In this document: positions 10,736-23,951 of the stretch, one piece after another
Layout of the letters: each line of letters starts with the position of its first letter
Numbering within the stretch: the first letter of the stretch is position 1
Origin: Lepidodermella squamata
Taxonomy: Eukaryota; Animalia; Gastrotricha
Direction of reading: 5' to 3'
NCBI GenBank assembly: GCA_047495785.1
Contig: JBLDXI010000032.1
Location: 3,224,001-3,288,000, forward strand
DNA: 64,000 nt
Made by a program: the position numbers and the translations under genes
Notes under the pieces: model-generated
Told to the model about the DNA's origin: nothing
Seen by the model: the letters and a program-made list of their open reading frames with translations, nothing else
Database searches by the model: none

Positions 10736-13700
10736 ATGCACTTCGTACGGTTTCTTGGCCTCTTACTTGGGTTAGCGCTATTTACTTGCTTAACAAATAC
10801 TAAGTTGATACTGGTAAGTCCTGAACTTTCCAGAGACATCCCAATCCGTCGCATATGCCTTGCATAGAGCGGAGAGAGCGGTAATTGCCCCGATGGAAAA
10901 GCGATCAGACAAATTGACATCTGCAATGGTTACGCTGATTGTTCCGATGAAAGTGACGAAATGGATTGCCCATGCACGGATGAAGAGTTCCGCTGTAATA
11001 ATACACGCTGTATTTATAAGAGGCAAGACTTTATAAACATAATGGCTTTTTAACTAATCGATTTAATCTATTAAGCCGCGTGTGTGACGGCTACGAGGCT
11101 TGCAGTGATGGCAGTGACGAGTGGGATTGCCCGCCCTGTGCTGCCGACGAATTTCGATGCCCTAGCACCAAGTGCATCAAAGAAACCCAGCGCTGTGATG
11201 GCGATTACGATTGCAATGGCGGAGAGGAGGAAGCTAACTGCACATGTGAGGAAATATAATCATTAAACAAATCGATGAAGAAACCAGAAAATCGAATGTT
11301 CTTTAGCATGCAGGCCAGGTGGATTTCACTGTAAGAACGACTATTGTGCCTCGATCGCCTTCCTGTGCGATGGTGAAGACGATTGCAAAGATGGCTCTTC
11401 AAGTGATGAAGATCCAACAATGTGCAAAACCTACACATGCCCGGAAACCCGATTCCGTTGCAGTGACAATAAATGCATTCCTAAATATAAAGTCTGCGAT
11501 GGTACTCACAATTGCGCGGACGATGAATTTCAAAATTGTAACTGCACGGCGGACCAGTTTGAATGCAAGATTCAGAAGCAGTGCCTACCGGGCAAGAGCT
11601 ATCAGTGCGATGGTCAAAAGGATTGCTTAGACGGTACCGATGAACTCAACTGCGAAACGGTAGAATCCATTTTTTCATGCGAAGAGAAACAAATATTGCT
11701 TACTTCATCAGTGCCCACTGCCGGGTTTCTTTCACTGCGAAAATGTTACCAAGTGCATACCTGAGTGGTTAAGTTTTTCAGTCGAGCTCGTCCGATTTGA
11801 AACGTATACTCTATTTTATACGCAGGAAATACTGCGATAAGACCGATGACTGTGGCGACGGCAGCGACGAGCTTTGTATTGAATGCCTTACATTTTCCAA
11901 GTTCAAGTGCACCAATTCTTCAAAATGCATCTCTAAAAGGTTTAACGGACTATTACCTGAAATATTATGTATCAGCATTTTCTTCTTTTTAGCTATCGAT
12001 GTGATGGTGATCACGTAGAGCCTCGCCAATATTTTGTTTTTAAAATTACATAAGATTTGATAGGACTGCGGGGATAACGACATATCTGACGAAATTGACT
12101 GCCCACCATGCCCAGAATTCACATGCAGCAATGGAAAATGCGTGAAGAATGCTGTTGTTTGCGACGGCTCGTCCGATTGCGCGGATAGCTCGGATGAAAA
12201 AAATTGTTCAGGTTTCTTTTTAAAATGTGGAATATCTCCAGTCAAATCAGATTCGATTTAGCATGCGGTGCAAATGGATTCCTATGCCCCAACAAACGAT
12301 GCATTCCAGCTTCGTACCAGTAGGCCTATCGCCACCTGATAGTTTTAGACGTTTTTCATGTTTGATTGAAGATGCGATGGCGATAAAGACTGCGGTCCAG
12401 ATGGTTCAGATGAGCTCAATTGCCTGAACATTCAGGTTCAGTGTGACAATTCCACGCGTTTCCGTTGCTCCGATGGATTGTGCATCACACTGTCGCGTCG
12501 TTGCGACGACTACAAACATTGTTCAGATGACGAAATTAATTGCCCTTGCAAGGGATTTACTTGTGGCGATGGAACATGCCTCCCCGTGGAAAGTCAGTGT
12601 AATGGAACCAAGGAATGCAAAGACGGATCTGACGAAACATTATGTATCGATTCATCAGTAAGATTTGACCATGAACATTTATAACACGGAATTGATTTAA
12701 TTCTTATTAGAAATGCCCTTTTGGACGACCATTTTTATGCAAGGGCACAACGACATGCATTACACCTTCGTAACTTTCCACCAGTTTCTTTGTCACGTGA
12801 GTTAAATCTGTCTTTTTCCAGGGTCCTTTGCAACGGTGAACCGGACTGTCCAACTGGGGATGACGAAGCAAACTGCGTAAACTGTACTCTTTCTGCTGCT
12901 GAAGGAAGAGCGTGGAAATGTGGCAATTCGACAAAATGCGTGAGGCCAAGTGACCGCTGCGATGGCTACAACGATTGCTTGACAAATGTGGACGAAGAAA
13001 ACTGTTCAGGCTGGCCCTGTCCTGAAGACAAATTCCAATGCAGCGACGGCATTTGCCTTCATCCATTCAGAGTCTGCGATTCGACTAAAAACTGCGCGAA
13101 TGACGAGTTGAACTGCTCGTGTGCAAGCTTTCAAACAAGATGCCCTTCGGGTGAATGTGTTTCATTGACTGCGTTATGCGACGGAAAGGTTGATTGTAAC
13201 GATGGCTGGGATGAGTCAAACTGTACAACTGTGAGATTCTATGGTTTCATTCTGATTCATGACTATAGGTCATTATGCTTCTAGTGCCCGAATGCTGATG
13301 ATTACAAGTGCATGAACTCGACGAAATGCATACCAGCAGGTTACGTTTGTGACAACGGCCCCGACTGTCCATTCGAGGACGATCAAAGCAACTGCGCGGT
13401 TTGCCCACTAGCAAGACCCTTTAAGTGCGCAAATGCTAGCCGCTGTCTTTATTCTTCGTGAGTCCTTCTCAAATATCGTTTGCTTTTTTTAAGCGAGATA
13501 CTCAACAGATATGTCTGCGACGGAGACCAGGTGTGTTCATATCAAATAAAATTATCAATTACAGATAACCGGTCCCTTTTGATATTCTTTAGGATTGTGG
13601 AAAAGATGACGCGTCAGATGAAATATGCCCTCCGTGCGCATCTGATGAATTCAGATGCTCGACTGGCAGGTGCATTCCGAACTCAAAGAGATGCGATGGA

Positions 13701-13829
13701 TCGAGTGATTGCCGCAATGGGGATGACGAAGCCAACTGCACGGCCTGCGTTGGTACCGGTGTTTATTGCCCGAACTTGAACGTTTGCGTGCCGCCTGAAA
13801 AACCTTGCACGCCTATAGCTATGCCATGA
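10736..13829 (+). CDS. LDLa-only secreted protein, copy C (19 LDLa repeats; close paralog of copy A)
   Basis: Same leader as A ([26 protein letters not shown]) and same exon structure. Ends [17 protein letters not shown] (13827-13829). Upstream 10370-10735 and downstream 13830-14270 are homologous to the flanks of A. Confidence 0.9.
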
Positions 13830-14930
13830 ACACTCAATCTAATCTGACTAAATATCGGGTTGGGCGACAGACGGCTATATCTAGCAATCAGGCAGGAAAC
13901 TAACTTGAAGACAATTTGAAATTTCATGTGTAAAGACATTTTTGTCACCCCGATCCCGTGATCATTACCCTAGTGAAAAACATCTAACATTAAGAACATG
14001 ATATGCTTTGAGAAACACCCGAATTAAGCATACATTTTGCGTGTAGGTTGTTGACCTGCTTATGGCCAAGAAATAAACCTAATTTGGTAAATGAAAGTGT
14101 GGACTAGCCGTCAAAACCCCTGCATTTGTTTCTCTGCACACATGGTTGTCGAAATATGCCGGTCGCAATTCCTCATTGAAAGGTTTATTATCTTTCCAAG
14201 GCATTGAACGGAACGCTCGTGGCGGCGCAATCGAGCAGAGGCTGGCCAGCTATCTCTGAGCTGGTTATTTATAGTTATTTAGATTGCCGAAATGTCGCGT
14301 ATTAGAATTTGTATCGCGTTTTTCGAGGCAAAATTTTGCATGTTCCGCGACTTGCAGGGAAATGAGCCGGCCTTATCTTGTAGAGAATCGAACGGGCTAT
14401 CAGCCGATATGATCATTTCCCGCCGGCGATGGTCCGCTCGCGCTTCAGACGCGCGCAAAGATAATTACGATTTGATGGAATCAAGGAGCGAGGACTGAGC
14501 GGCGATAATTCTGCTAAACTCAATTTCCAAAATTATCAATGCAATACTGAAACGCGATAACGACGGGGTTACGACGGGGTGTAGCCTTCGGACAGCGATC
14601 TGATCGTATCAAGCACTGCTGGAATATGACTGCTCTCGATGCGCATTCCGAATTACAGCATGTAGCATGTAGAATCTGACCTATCTTACGATTTGGAAAT
14701 ATGGCAAGTAAACCTACTGTAAAAAAGACTCAAACATTGTTTTGACAAAAAGATGACAAGTAAGCTTGTATATGGAATTGGCATTAGACTGAATATTGGA
14801 CTGCACTATATTCCGATGCTTCAGATGAAAGGCCTATTCTTGGCGGTGCACTAGTTTTTCCCAGTATGAGTTACAGCGCTTGAGGACGCGTGAAGGTTAT
14901 TTTCAATTTTTTTTGCTGAAGACTAACTAC

Positions 14931-15000
14931 TGCCAAGCCAGCACGTATAATAATGAAATGATAATTACTATGCCCCTGTGTCGATGGCTAATATAAAAGG
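14931..15000 (+). promoter_or_regulatory. Conserved upstream motif YGCCAAG-N3-4-CRCGT plus TATA-like box
   Basis: Motif recurs upstream of copies B (7351), D (14931), E (18161) and F (27362). TATAAA occurs at ~7412 and ~14993. Confidence 0.4.
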
Positions 15001-15056
15001 AATTTATTTTATGGCTAGTTTCTGAAAAATAGCTGATATTTCGCGTAGCAATTTAA

Positions 15057-17252
15057 ATGGAAATCAATGGATTTCTCTGCCTCTTATTCGGGGTTGCTTT
15101 GCTGCACGGCACAGGCAACGCTAAATGGACACCTGTAAGTCTAAACATACCTATTTGGAAACACCCTGATCTGTCCCAACGCCATCTTTTCATAGAGCGG
15201 GGATGGTGGTGTTTGCCCTGATGGAAAAGTGATCGGACGAGATGACATTTGCAATGGCTGGGCCGATTGTCGTGATGGAAGTGATGAAATGGACTGCATT
15301 TGTAAGGATGAAGAGTTCCGCTGTAATAACACACGCTGTGTTCGAAAAAGGTAGAACATCGTTTAATGATCCTGCGAAGCAGCTATCAGTGTCATTTAAC
15401 TAATTATTATCATACCTCGCTCACGCCGCTCTCTGCGGTATCAATGAGGAGAATTCAAGTACGATGACCTTTTTTCCGAGTTAGTTAAAATGATAGGAAG
15501 CACATTTTAAAATGTTGTTTTACCATTTTTCAATCATTCGTAGTTAACTTCAAAGTCGTTGAAGCATTTGCATGCCAAATATGGACTCTAAGCGCTCTAT
15601 TAGATGTTTACAGGGCACACCCATTTTTCTACACATACCTTGTCAAAGTCGAAAGTTTGGAATTCCATTTCGGCTATGTAATGATATTCCACTTTATTGC
15701 CGATGTCATTTCGGCATTGTTTTATTTCTTCGCCAACATTCTTCTACGTTCTACAGCTAAGGGAGGGGCGATAAAATGTTCCCCTTCTAGATGACCCGCA
15801 AGGCGGCCTGCTAGGGGTAGTGGTAGCTGACTCTTTTGGTCCTCGTAGAACATTACCCAGGCTCAGCGCCCAGCTGCCTTTACGCTTTTCTTGCATCCCG
15901 TTATCCTAGATTCATCGGCTGATATTAACGGATAACATTTTTTATCATTCTTCAGCTTCGTTTGTGACGGTCGCACGCAATGCACCGATGGTAGCGATGA
16001 GTGGGATTGCCCGTCCTGCGCCGCAAATGAATTTCGATGTTCTGACACCAAGTGCATCAACGATACCCAGCGCTGCGATGGCAATACCGACTGCACTTTG
16101 GGGGATGATGAAGGTCGCTGCACATGTGAGTTATCAGAATCGCATTGAACAATTCAAATCAGGGTGTTTTGTGTTGTGTATAGCTTGCAGGCCTACTGGG
16201 TTTCTTTGCAAGGTCAACAGCATATGTATCCCCGCCGCTTTCCAGTGTGATGGCCGCGACGACTGCATAGGTTATCCCTTTTATCCATTTAATGCGGGTG
16301 GCGATGAAGACCCGACGATGTGCGAATCCTATACTTGCCCAAAAGATCGATTCCGTTGCAGTGACAACAAATGCATTCCACAGTCCATGCGCTGCGATGG
16401 TCATGCCGATTGCGCGAATGATGAGATAAACTGTCTAGACTGGCCTTGCGCTGATGATAGATTTCGCTGCAGCGACGGCGTTTGCATTAGTCAATACAGC
16501 GTTTGCGATTCAACGAAAAACTGTGCGAACGACGAGGTCAACTGCACGTGCAAAAGCTCTGAAACAAGATGCCCCTCGGGCGATTGCGTTTCACTGACGG
16601 CATTTTGCGATGGAAAAGCAGACTGCTACGACGGCTGGGACGAGTCGAACTGCACTGTGGTGAATAAGACTAATCATTTGAAGCTGATTCATTTTGATAG
16701 TGTTCATTTTCTAAACCAGTGTAGAAACCCCGACGATTACATGTGTGAAAATTCTACGAAGTGCATACCAGCAAGTTTCGTCTGTGATTCTTCTACCGAA
16801 TGTCCGTTAGGCGATGATGAATACAAATTCAAATGCGATGTTTGCCCACCTTTTAAAAATGCAAGACCTTTCTTATGCGTAAATAATAGCCGCTGCCTTC
16901 CTACTTCGTGAGTTAAAATTTCCTAGTGATCTCCATAATTCATGTATGCGTTTATGCAGCGACGTGTGTGATGGATATCCGGTATTTTCATTTAAAAATT
17001 CATAGGATAACCAGTCATTTCTGTATTCATTAGGATTGCGGATACGGCGACAACTCTGATGAAATATGCCCGCCGTGCTCATCTGAAGAATTTCGATGCT
17101 CGACTGGCAAGTGCATTCCAAACGCGAAGAGATGCGATGGGTCGAGTGATTGCCGCAACGGAGATGATGAAGCGAATTGCTCGGCCTGCGTTGGCACTGG
17201 CGTTTATTGCCCGAGCACTAAAGTTTGCGTGTCGCCTGGAACATCTTGCTAG
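15057..17252 (+). CDS. LDLa-only secreted protein, copy D (10 repeats: 1-5 joined to 15-19)
   Basis: Leader [26 protein letters not shown]; intron 2 enlarged (15351-15955). The exon reads ..[19 protein letters not shown]... TAG at 17250-17252 lies six codons before the homologous stop (ACT GTA GCC ATG CCA TAA follows in frame). Confidence 0.85.
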
Positions 17253-17598
17253 ACTGTAGCCATGCCATAAACACCGTACCCTATTCCCTATTTTAACCTG
17301 GACAATTTATATTAGTATTAGGAATTGTTTCTGCTATATCGTGTGTTATGTGGACGCGTGACACGCAAGTCGAGAGCGATTGGTCCGCTTACCAGCGAAT
17401 AGCGGCCTGCGTGCCGCACCATAAATTCGGAACCACAATAATAATAAAACGAGGACTTTTGGATCATTTCTGCCTGAACTTTTGCGCAGTCATTTTGGCT
17501 CCGATTTCTACTTATCTTACACCGCTGGAAAGCCCATGAATAGCGGTTTCTTCCCCTAAGGTTTCGCTCAAGGGATCCTGGGCGAATCCAATTGATTC

Positions 17599-18038
17599 AG
17601 CAAATTTGAGACGTCGAGCTTGTCTTTGCTTGTCTTTGTGTTTGCTGAAAAACACGTAACGTTTTGTTATAACTTTGCCAGTTTTGTGCCTCGCTGAGCT
17701 CTAAAAAGTCTGGGCTAGCTATAAAATGACACAAATACCAGTGAATCTGATGAAAAAAGTAATTTTCCGCCAGATTTTGTGGCAAAAGAGACTTGCGCAA
17801 GCATGCTACGGATAACGTGCTTGTTTGTTCACTTGCTTGCGAGCTCACTACGCGTGTTCGTAGGCTTCACTCCATCCTCGATGATAGAGTTCTCGAATGA
17901 ACTTTCGGAATACTGATGTATCAATTTCTTAGGCTTTCGGGGCGTGAAGAGATTGCCTTTGATACATAAAATAACTTAAGTTTAAATGTTTGAAAGTTAC
18001 GTGTTTTTGAGCATCCATCTCGACGTCTCAAATTTGCT
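17599..18038. mobile_element. MITE with >=20-bp TIR
   Basis: AGCAAATTTGAGACGTCGAG (17599) and its perfect reverse complement CTCGACGTCTCAAATTTGCT (18019-18038). An inner imperfect IR also exists (17641-17660 vs 17996-18013). Confidence 0.7.
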
Positions 18039-18251
18039 ATCATTTGGAATGAAAATCGACTGAGTCGTTAATTACAGTTATCGGATTATTTGAGCGATTT
18101 TTGAGGAGTTGAAACTGGGTTTACAGAAATATATTATCACATTTTTTGCAGATGAGTAGCCGCCAAGCTAACACGTATTGTAAATGTGGAATGCTAATGC
18201 GCAATCAACTCACGACTTGCTTTTAACGAAAGTTACTTCATAATAATTAAG

Positions 18252-20787
18252 ATGCACGCGTTGGAGTTTCTCGGCCTCTTATTCGGGGTTGCTCTACTGA
18301 CAGGCCTAACCAACACCAAATGGATACCTGTAAGTCTTCAACATGTTTTGGGAACTATCCTATGCGTCTTTTTATAGACTGCGGATGGCGGTATTTGCTC
18401 AGATGGGAAGGTGCTTCAACAATCTGATATTTGCGACGGTTACCGTGACTGCCAAGATAGCAGTGACGAATTCGACTGCATTTGTAAGGATTACGAGTTC
18501 CGCTGTAATAACACACGCTGCATTCAAAATAGGCAAGGCGCCTTTCCCATTCATACCGATTTGTTACTAAACACCAAATTGTATTCAGATTCGTGTGTGA
18601 CGGTTCCGAGGATTGCAGTGATGGTAGTGACGAGCGGGATTGCACGCCCTGCGCCGCCAATGAATTTAGATGTGCCAACACCAAGTGTATCAATGAAACC
18701 CAGCTTTGTGATGGCAATTACGATTGCAGTGGGCTTGAAGATGAGCTCAACTGCACTAGTGAGTTACACAGATTAAAGGGTTTATCTAGTCTTTCTAAGA
18801 TGGGGGGTCGGTAGCCGCCCATGAGGGTAAAATCAAAGGCTCAAAAATACCCCGAAAACTTTAGGGTGGGACGGATGTATAGATGAACCATTGTTTGATT
18901 ATGCAATTTAACCTATGGCTTTGTTTATAGCTTGCAGCTCAACTGGGTTCCACTGCAAGACCGATATGTGTATTCCCGTCGCTTTCCAATGTGACGGTGA
19001 CGACGATTGCAAAGATGAATCAGCAAGTGATGAGGATCCAATGGTATGCAAAGCTCACACTTGTGCGGAAGATCGATTCCGTTGCAGTGAAAATAAATGC
19101 ATTCCGAATTACCGGCTCTGCGATGGCACTGCCCAATGTGCCGATGGCAGCGACGAGATTTGCGCTGAATGCCCTGCATATGCCACGTTCAAGTGTGCCA
19201 CTGGGAGCCAATGTGTGAACAATGACAGAGTTTGCGACGGTTCGTCCCATTGCGCAGATGGCTCTGATGAAATCAATTGCTCAGGTTGGTTTGTTGCACA
19301 TGCATATTTGTGAACAAATTTCTCCTGACTCACAGCATGTGGTGAATATGGATTCCTATGCTCTGACAAACGATGCATTCGCGCTGCGTACCAGTATGCT
19401 AATCGCAACGTGATAGAATTATGAATAATCTATGATTCAAAAATATTTGTGAAGATGCGATGGAGGTAAAGACTGCGCCGATGGTTCAGACGAAGTTAAT
19501 TGTCCCTGCTTGGGTTTTACTTGTGGCGATGGAACCTGCGTCCCTGAGGACGGGAAATGTAATGGTACCAAAGAATGCAAAGACGGATCTGATGAGCTTT
19601 GTATTGACGCTTCAGTGAGTGTTTTGTCACAGGTCACAGATATATTATAGATTCTTCTTTGATCTAACTATTAGAAATGTCCTGTGAGCCGTCCGTTTTT
19701 ATGCAGTGGGACAACTAACTGCATTCAGTCTTCGTAATTTTCGAACAATTTCTTTGTCACGGGTTAAAAACTCTCTTTTTCCAGGCAGCTTTGCAATGGT
19801 CTCACCGACTGCCCAACTGGGGAGGATGAGGCTAACTGCTCTGCATGTAATCTTTCTGCTGGTGACGACAGATCGTATAAATGCGGCAATAGTACAAGAT
19901 GCGTTTCGCCGATCGTCCGCTGCGACGGCGATAACGATTGTTTCAACAATGCGGACGAACAAAACTGTTTAGGCTGGCCTTGTGCTGATGATAGATTCCG
20001 ATGCAGTGACGGAATTTGTCTTAATCAATTCAGAGTCTGCGATTTAATTAAAAACTGTGCGAACGACGAGTTGAACTGCACGTGCACGAGCTATCAAACA
20101 AGATGTCCTTCTGGTGAATGCGTTTTGTTGGCAGCAATCTGTGACGGCAAGGCCGATTGCTACGACGGCTGGGATGAGTCGAACTGCACAATTGTAAGAT
20201 TCAAAGGCTTAAATCTGATTCATAGCTAAGTCACTATGTTTCTAGTGCCCGAACACTGATGATTACAAGTGCGTAAACTCCACTAAATGCATACCGGTAG
20301 GTGCTGTCTGCGACAGAAGCGCTGACTGTCCATTCGGTGATGATCAAAGCAACTGCACTGTTTGTCCACCAGCCAGACCTTTTAAATGCGCAACCTCTGG
20401 CACCTGTCTCCCTGCTTCGTGAGTCATTATTAGCTATTTATTGCCAGCGTTTAAGTTCGATATTCAACAGGTATGTCTGCGATGGAGACCAGGTATGTTT
20501 ATTTATTCAAGGAAAACTATAAAATAAGGATAACAAATCGTTGTCTGTAGGATTGTGAAAGCGAAGACGAATCGGATGAAATATGCCCACCGTGCTTAGC
20601 TGACGAGTTCCGATGCTCGACTGGCAGGTGCATTCCGAACTCGAAGAGATGCGATGGATCGAGTGATTGCCGCAATGGAGATGACGAAGCAAATTGCACG
20701 GCCTGCGTTGGTACCGCCGTTTATTGCCCGATCACTCGATCTTGCGTGTCGCCTGGAACACCTTGTTCGCCGCAAGCTATGCCCTGA
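18252..20787 (+). CDS. LDLa-only secreted protein, copy E (15 repeats)
   Basis: Leader [26 protein letters not shown]. Repeats 1-4, then three hybrid-looking repeats (5/7, 8/9, 10/11), then 12-19. Ends [17 protein letters not shown] (20785-20787). GC donor at 18533. Confidence 0.88.
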
Positions 20788-22180
20788 GTATGACTGTCTA
20801 TTTTGACTACAATAATACAAATATTAGCATTACGAGCAGGATATGCTAGTTTCGATTCGTAATACTTACCCGGCTTGGTGACTCATGTCCTCATTAAGTT
20901 GAATAAAGGTTTAGAAAATGAAAATCCTCACCGTTCGGCACATTCGTTGTGGAACCACGATGCGCACGCTGATTAGGCGATCATTCGCTGCTATGACTTC
21001 CGGATGAAACATTCAGTCGTGCAATCCATTAGATTTTTTGTAAAAAGTGCCGCAGTAATTTACCTCGATTTATATGGAGTTTACGATCGTGTTCAATGGA
21101 ACTTCTGCCAGAACCAGAACTTATAACAGAACTTCTACCAACTATCAGCTATCAAGACACAAGCTCTCAAAGTTCTCACGATATCATGTTCACCATGTAT
21201 GCCACTATCTCTTTCCACTCATCGGAATTTAAAGTTTCAAACTTACAAGCCAAAATTAGAATAGATTACCTATATCTGTTGTTATTGAAAAACAAGTTGA
21301 GCTGTGCCTTTTGAGAACATCGAAAAACTTGGAATGGGATCAGCCATTTCTAGCCAAACCTATTTACGGTTATTTCTATTGATTCCCAACGCGGTCTACT
21401 AGTGAAGAGTTGAAAAGTTGAGCTTTTGTATTCACGATTCGAGTTCACGTGGCGGTTCTCTTGAATGTTAGCATGTTGTAGTTATATTATATAGGCCCTC
21501 CACCTATGTTTGACAAATAACAGAAATAATTCGCCCCCATGCTGAAAACGGCTTACGATGCATATCCACCCATATCACACCAGGCTCTTCACAGGGCTAA
21601 ATGCTCAAAGGCTCAGGGCTCAGGCTCAAGAATCCGGTGTTAGATAATGTCAGGCTCAGGATCAGGCTCTGGAACTAGAAATTATAGGGGCTCATTTAAC
21701 GTGACTTACGTTCCAGGTTCGGGAAGGCTTAGGGCTCGTGCACAGGGGCTCTCAGGACCTAAAGGCTCAACAAGGGAACAGAAAGAAAACATGGCAGTAA
21801 GGGCTATCGAGGATCTGTGATCTGTGAATCTGTGATTCTCTTGTTTTGCGCCTGTGAGGGGGCGACATTGCTTCGGTGGATGCCAGGCTGGGCAGTGCTG
21901 GTCGAGCATCCGCTTGCCGAAGGCATCAGGCTGCTGACTGGCGATATACTGCAAGTACTCTTCCATGCCATTATCCGCGGTGAGACAGCGTTCACCATAG
22001 CGCTCCAGTTGTTTCTCAAATACGTCGCTGATTGCTGTAGCCTTCGCTTCGACGACGACTCCGAAGGAATCGCACTCAAATGGCTGATCCACTGCCGCTC
22101 TTAACCCGTGAGCTTGAAAATTGAAAAGGCGCAGTTCGGAACTTTTTGGCAGCCAGTACCAAACAGGAGACCCATATGTG

Positions 22181-23326
22181 TATATATTGGACATAGAGGA
22201 GGAAATATGTTGAAAAACCGAACATATAATGGCCGAGCCGCAGGCGAGGACGTTTTATGTGCGGTTTTTTAACATATTTACGACTCTAAGTCCAATATTT
22301 GCATATACCCCGAGGCATAGTAGCATCTACCGATTGCCAGGGCTCCATTGAAATACCTACCCCCACGTTGCGAAGGTTAAAAAATCATGGAAAATGGGAA
22401 AATAAAACATCCAACTTAATTTTTCTTCAAAAATTGACCTTTTCGCCATTTTTAAATCAAACGCTCATTCGGTCGATTTTCGTTTTGATTTTCACTCGCT
22501 TTTTTGCCGCCGGATTTTCGCGTCAAACTGGCATGCTGCTACGATGAAGAATCGAACAATGGCTCGAGCTATTTTAACTGTCGGCTCATCAAATCAACCA
22601 GGCGAGTGAATTCGGCTCATTGCAACTAGTTCGCCGATCTGGTTATTGTCGATCTCAAGCTCAATCAAGGTTTCGATCCCGTACGAGGAAGCGTGTCGTC
22701 GAACCAGTTCGAGCCAGGAACGAAGGCTGATGGAATGGTACGAAATGCAAGACGAATACGGCGCCGTTTTGACTAATTCCAGGATCAAGAGGAATGCTAC
22801 GCGTTTCTCAACATTGAGAGCGACTGCTGCTCAGAGTTCGCAGTTGTTCCGTTGGAGTTCTGGGTTTTATCGACATCGGAGCTGACTGCTGCTCGATTTT
22901 CACTGAATTGTGGCCGAATGCTGCTCGTTTTCTCGAAATTGGGGCCGAATGCTGCTCGATTTTGTCGGAATTGAGGACGATTGCTGCTCGATTTTCTCGA
23001 AATTGGGGCCGAATGCTGCTCGATTTTGTCGGAATTGAGGACGATTGCTGCTCGATTTTCTCGGTATCAGGGGTGAATGCTGGCAGATTTTTGAGCCGCC
23101 CCAGCTTTTCCAAGAGATTGTTTGATTTTGAATAATAAAGCTATTTTGGGTTCCTCAGGTTTCTTGGGTTTCATGAGTTTCAAGGGTCTGAACAATAGAC
23201 AACTGTCCAATATGTGCTCCTCCTTAAAAAATCAAGTGTCCAATATGTGAAAATCAACTGTCCATTATGTAAAATTATGTAAACATATAATTACATATAG
23301 CCCTAACATATACTTGGCCTAGGGGT
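22181..23326. mobile_element. TIR-less ~1.15-kb insertion flanked by 7-bp direct repeat ATATGTG (duplicate at 25345-26490)
   Basis: ATATGTG at 22174-22180 and 23327-23333. Removing the insert restores the LINE frame VLT-Y-GSPVW. Sub-terminal inverted motifs: TATTGGACA/TGTCCAATA and CATATACCCC..GG/CC..GGGGTATATG. Confidence 0.7.
22880..23065. repeat. 32-bp minisatellite, ~6 units with two alternating variants (duplicate at 26044-26229)
   Basis: TGCTGCTCGATTTTCTCGAAATTGGGGCCGAA alternates with TGCTGCTCGATTTTGTCGGAATTGAGGACGAT. Confidence 0.85.
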
Positions 23327-23440
23327 ATATGTGAGCACGCTGTCGATGAGAACTCGGCTGAACGTGATGCAAAGATCGCTGAGGACAATACGCCTACAAG
23401 CTATTTCTCGGCGAGCTCGCGGTTTCGTCTTCGCAGAGAT

Positions 23441-23951
23441 ACTCCACTAAATGCATACCGGTAGGTGCTGTCTGCGACAGAAGCGCTGACTGTCCATTCG
23501 GTGATGATCAAAGCAACTGCACTGTTTGTCCACCAGCCAGACCTTTTAAATGCGCAACCTCTGGCACCTGTCTCCCTGCTTCGTGAGTCATTATTAGCTA
23601 TTTATTGCCAGCGTTTAAGTTCGATATTCAACAGGTATGTCTGCGATGGAGACCAGGTATGTTTATTTATTCAAGGAAAACTATAAAATAAGGATAACAA
23701 ATCGTTGTCTGTAGGATTGTGAAAGCGAAGACGAATCGGATGAAATATGCCCACCGTGCTTAGCTGACGAGTTCCGATGCTCGACTGGCAGGTGCATTCC
23801 GAACTCGAAGAGATGCGATGGATCGAGTGATTGCCGCAATGGAGATGACGAAGCAAATTGCACGGCCTGCGTTGGTACCGCCGTTTATTGCCCGATCACT
23901 CGATCTTGCGTGTCGCCTGGAACACCTTGTTCGCCGCAAGCTATGCCCTGA
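23441..23951 (+). pseudogene. Duplicated 3' end of LDLa copy E (repeats 17-19, no 5' end)
   Basis: Identical to 20277-20787; begins mid-exon at the duplication junction. Confidence 0.85.

Noticed and set aside
15787-15909. Structured RNA or ribozyme in the enlarged intron 2 of copy D
   Set aside because: GC-rich and CTAG-bounded, but no hammerhead or HDV core is recognisable. Probably TE debris.
17250-17270. Programmed stop-codon readthrough in copy D
   Set aside because: Paralogs have a sense codon here. A simple nonsense substitution trimming six residues is more parsimonious.
20861-20900. U1 snRNA-like start ATACTTACC
   Set aside because: Similarity ends after 9 nt with no U1 stems or Sm site. 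It is better read as a minus-strand GGTAAGTAT donor-like string.
22808-23135. Repetitive ORFs (KIEQQS...) as proteins, or the repeat as a CRISPR array
   Set aside because: They arise from a 32-bp minisatellite (not a multiple of 3) with no unique spacers, inside a mobile element in eukaryotic DNA.
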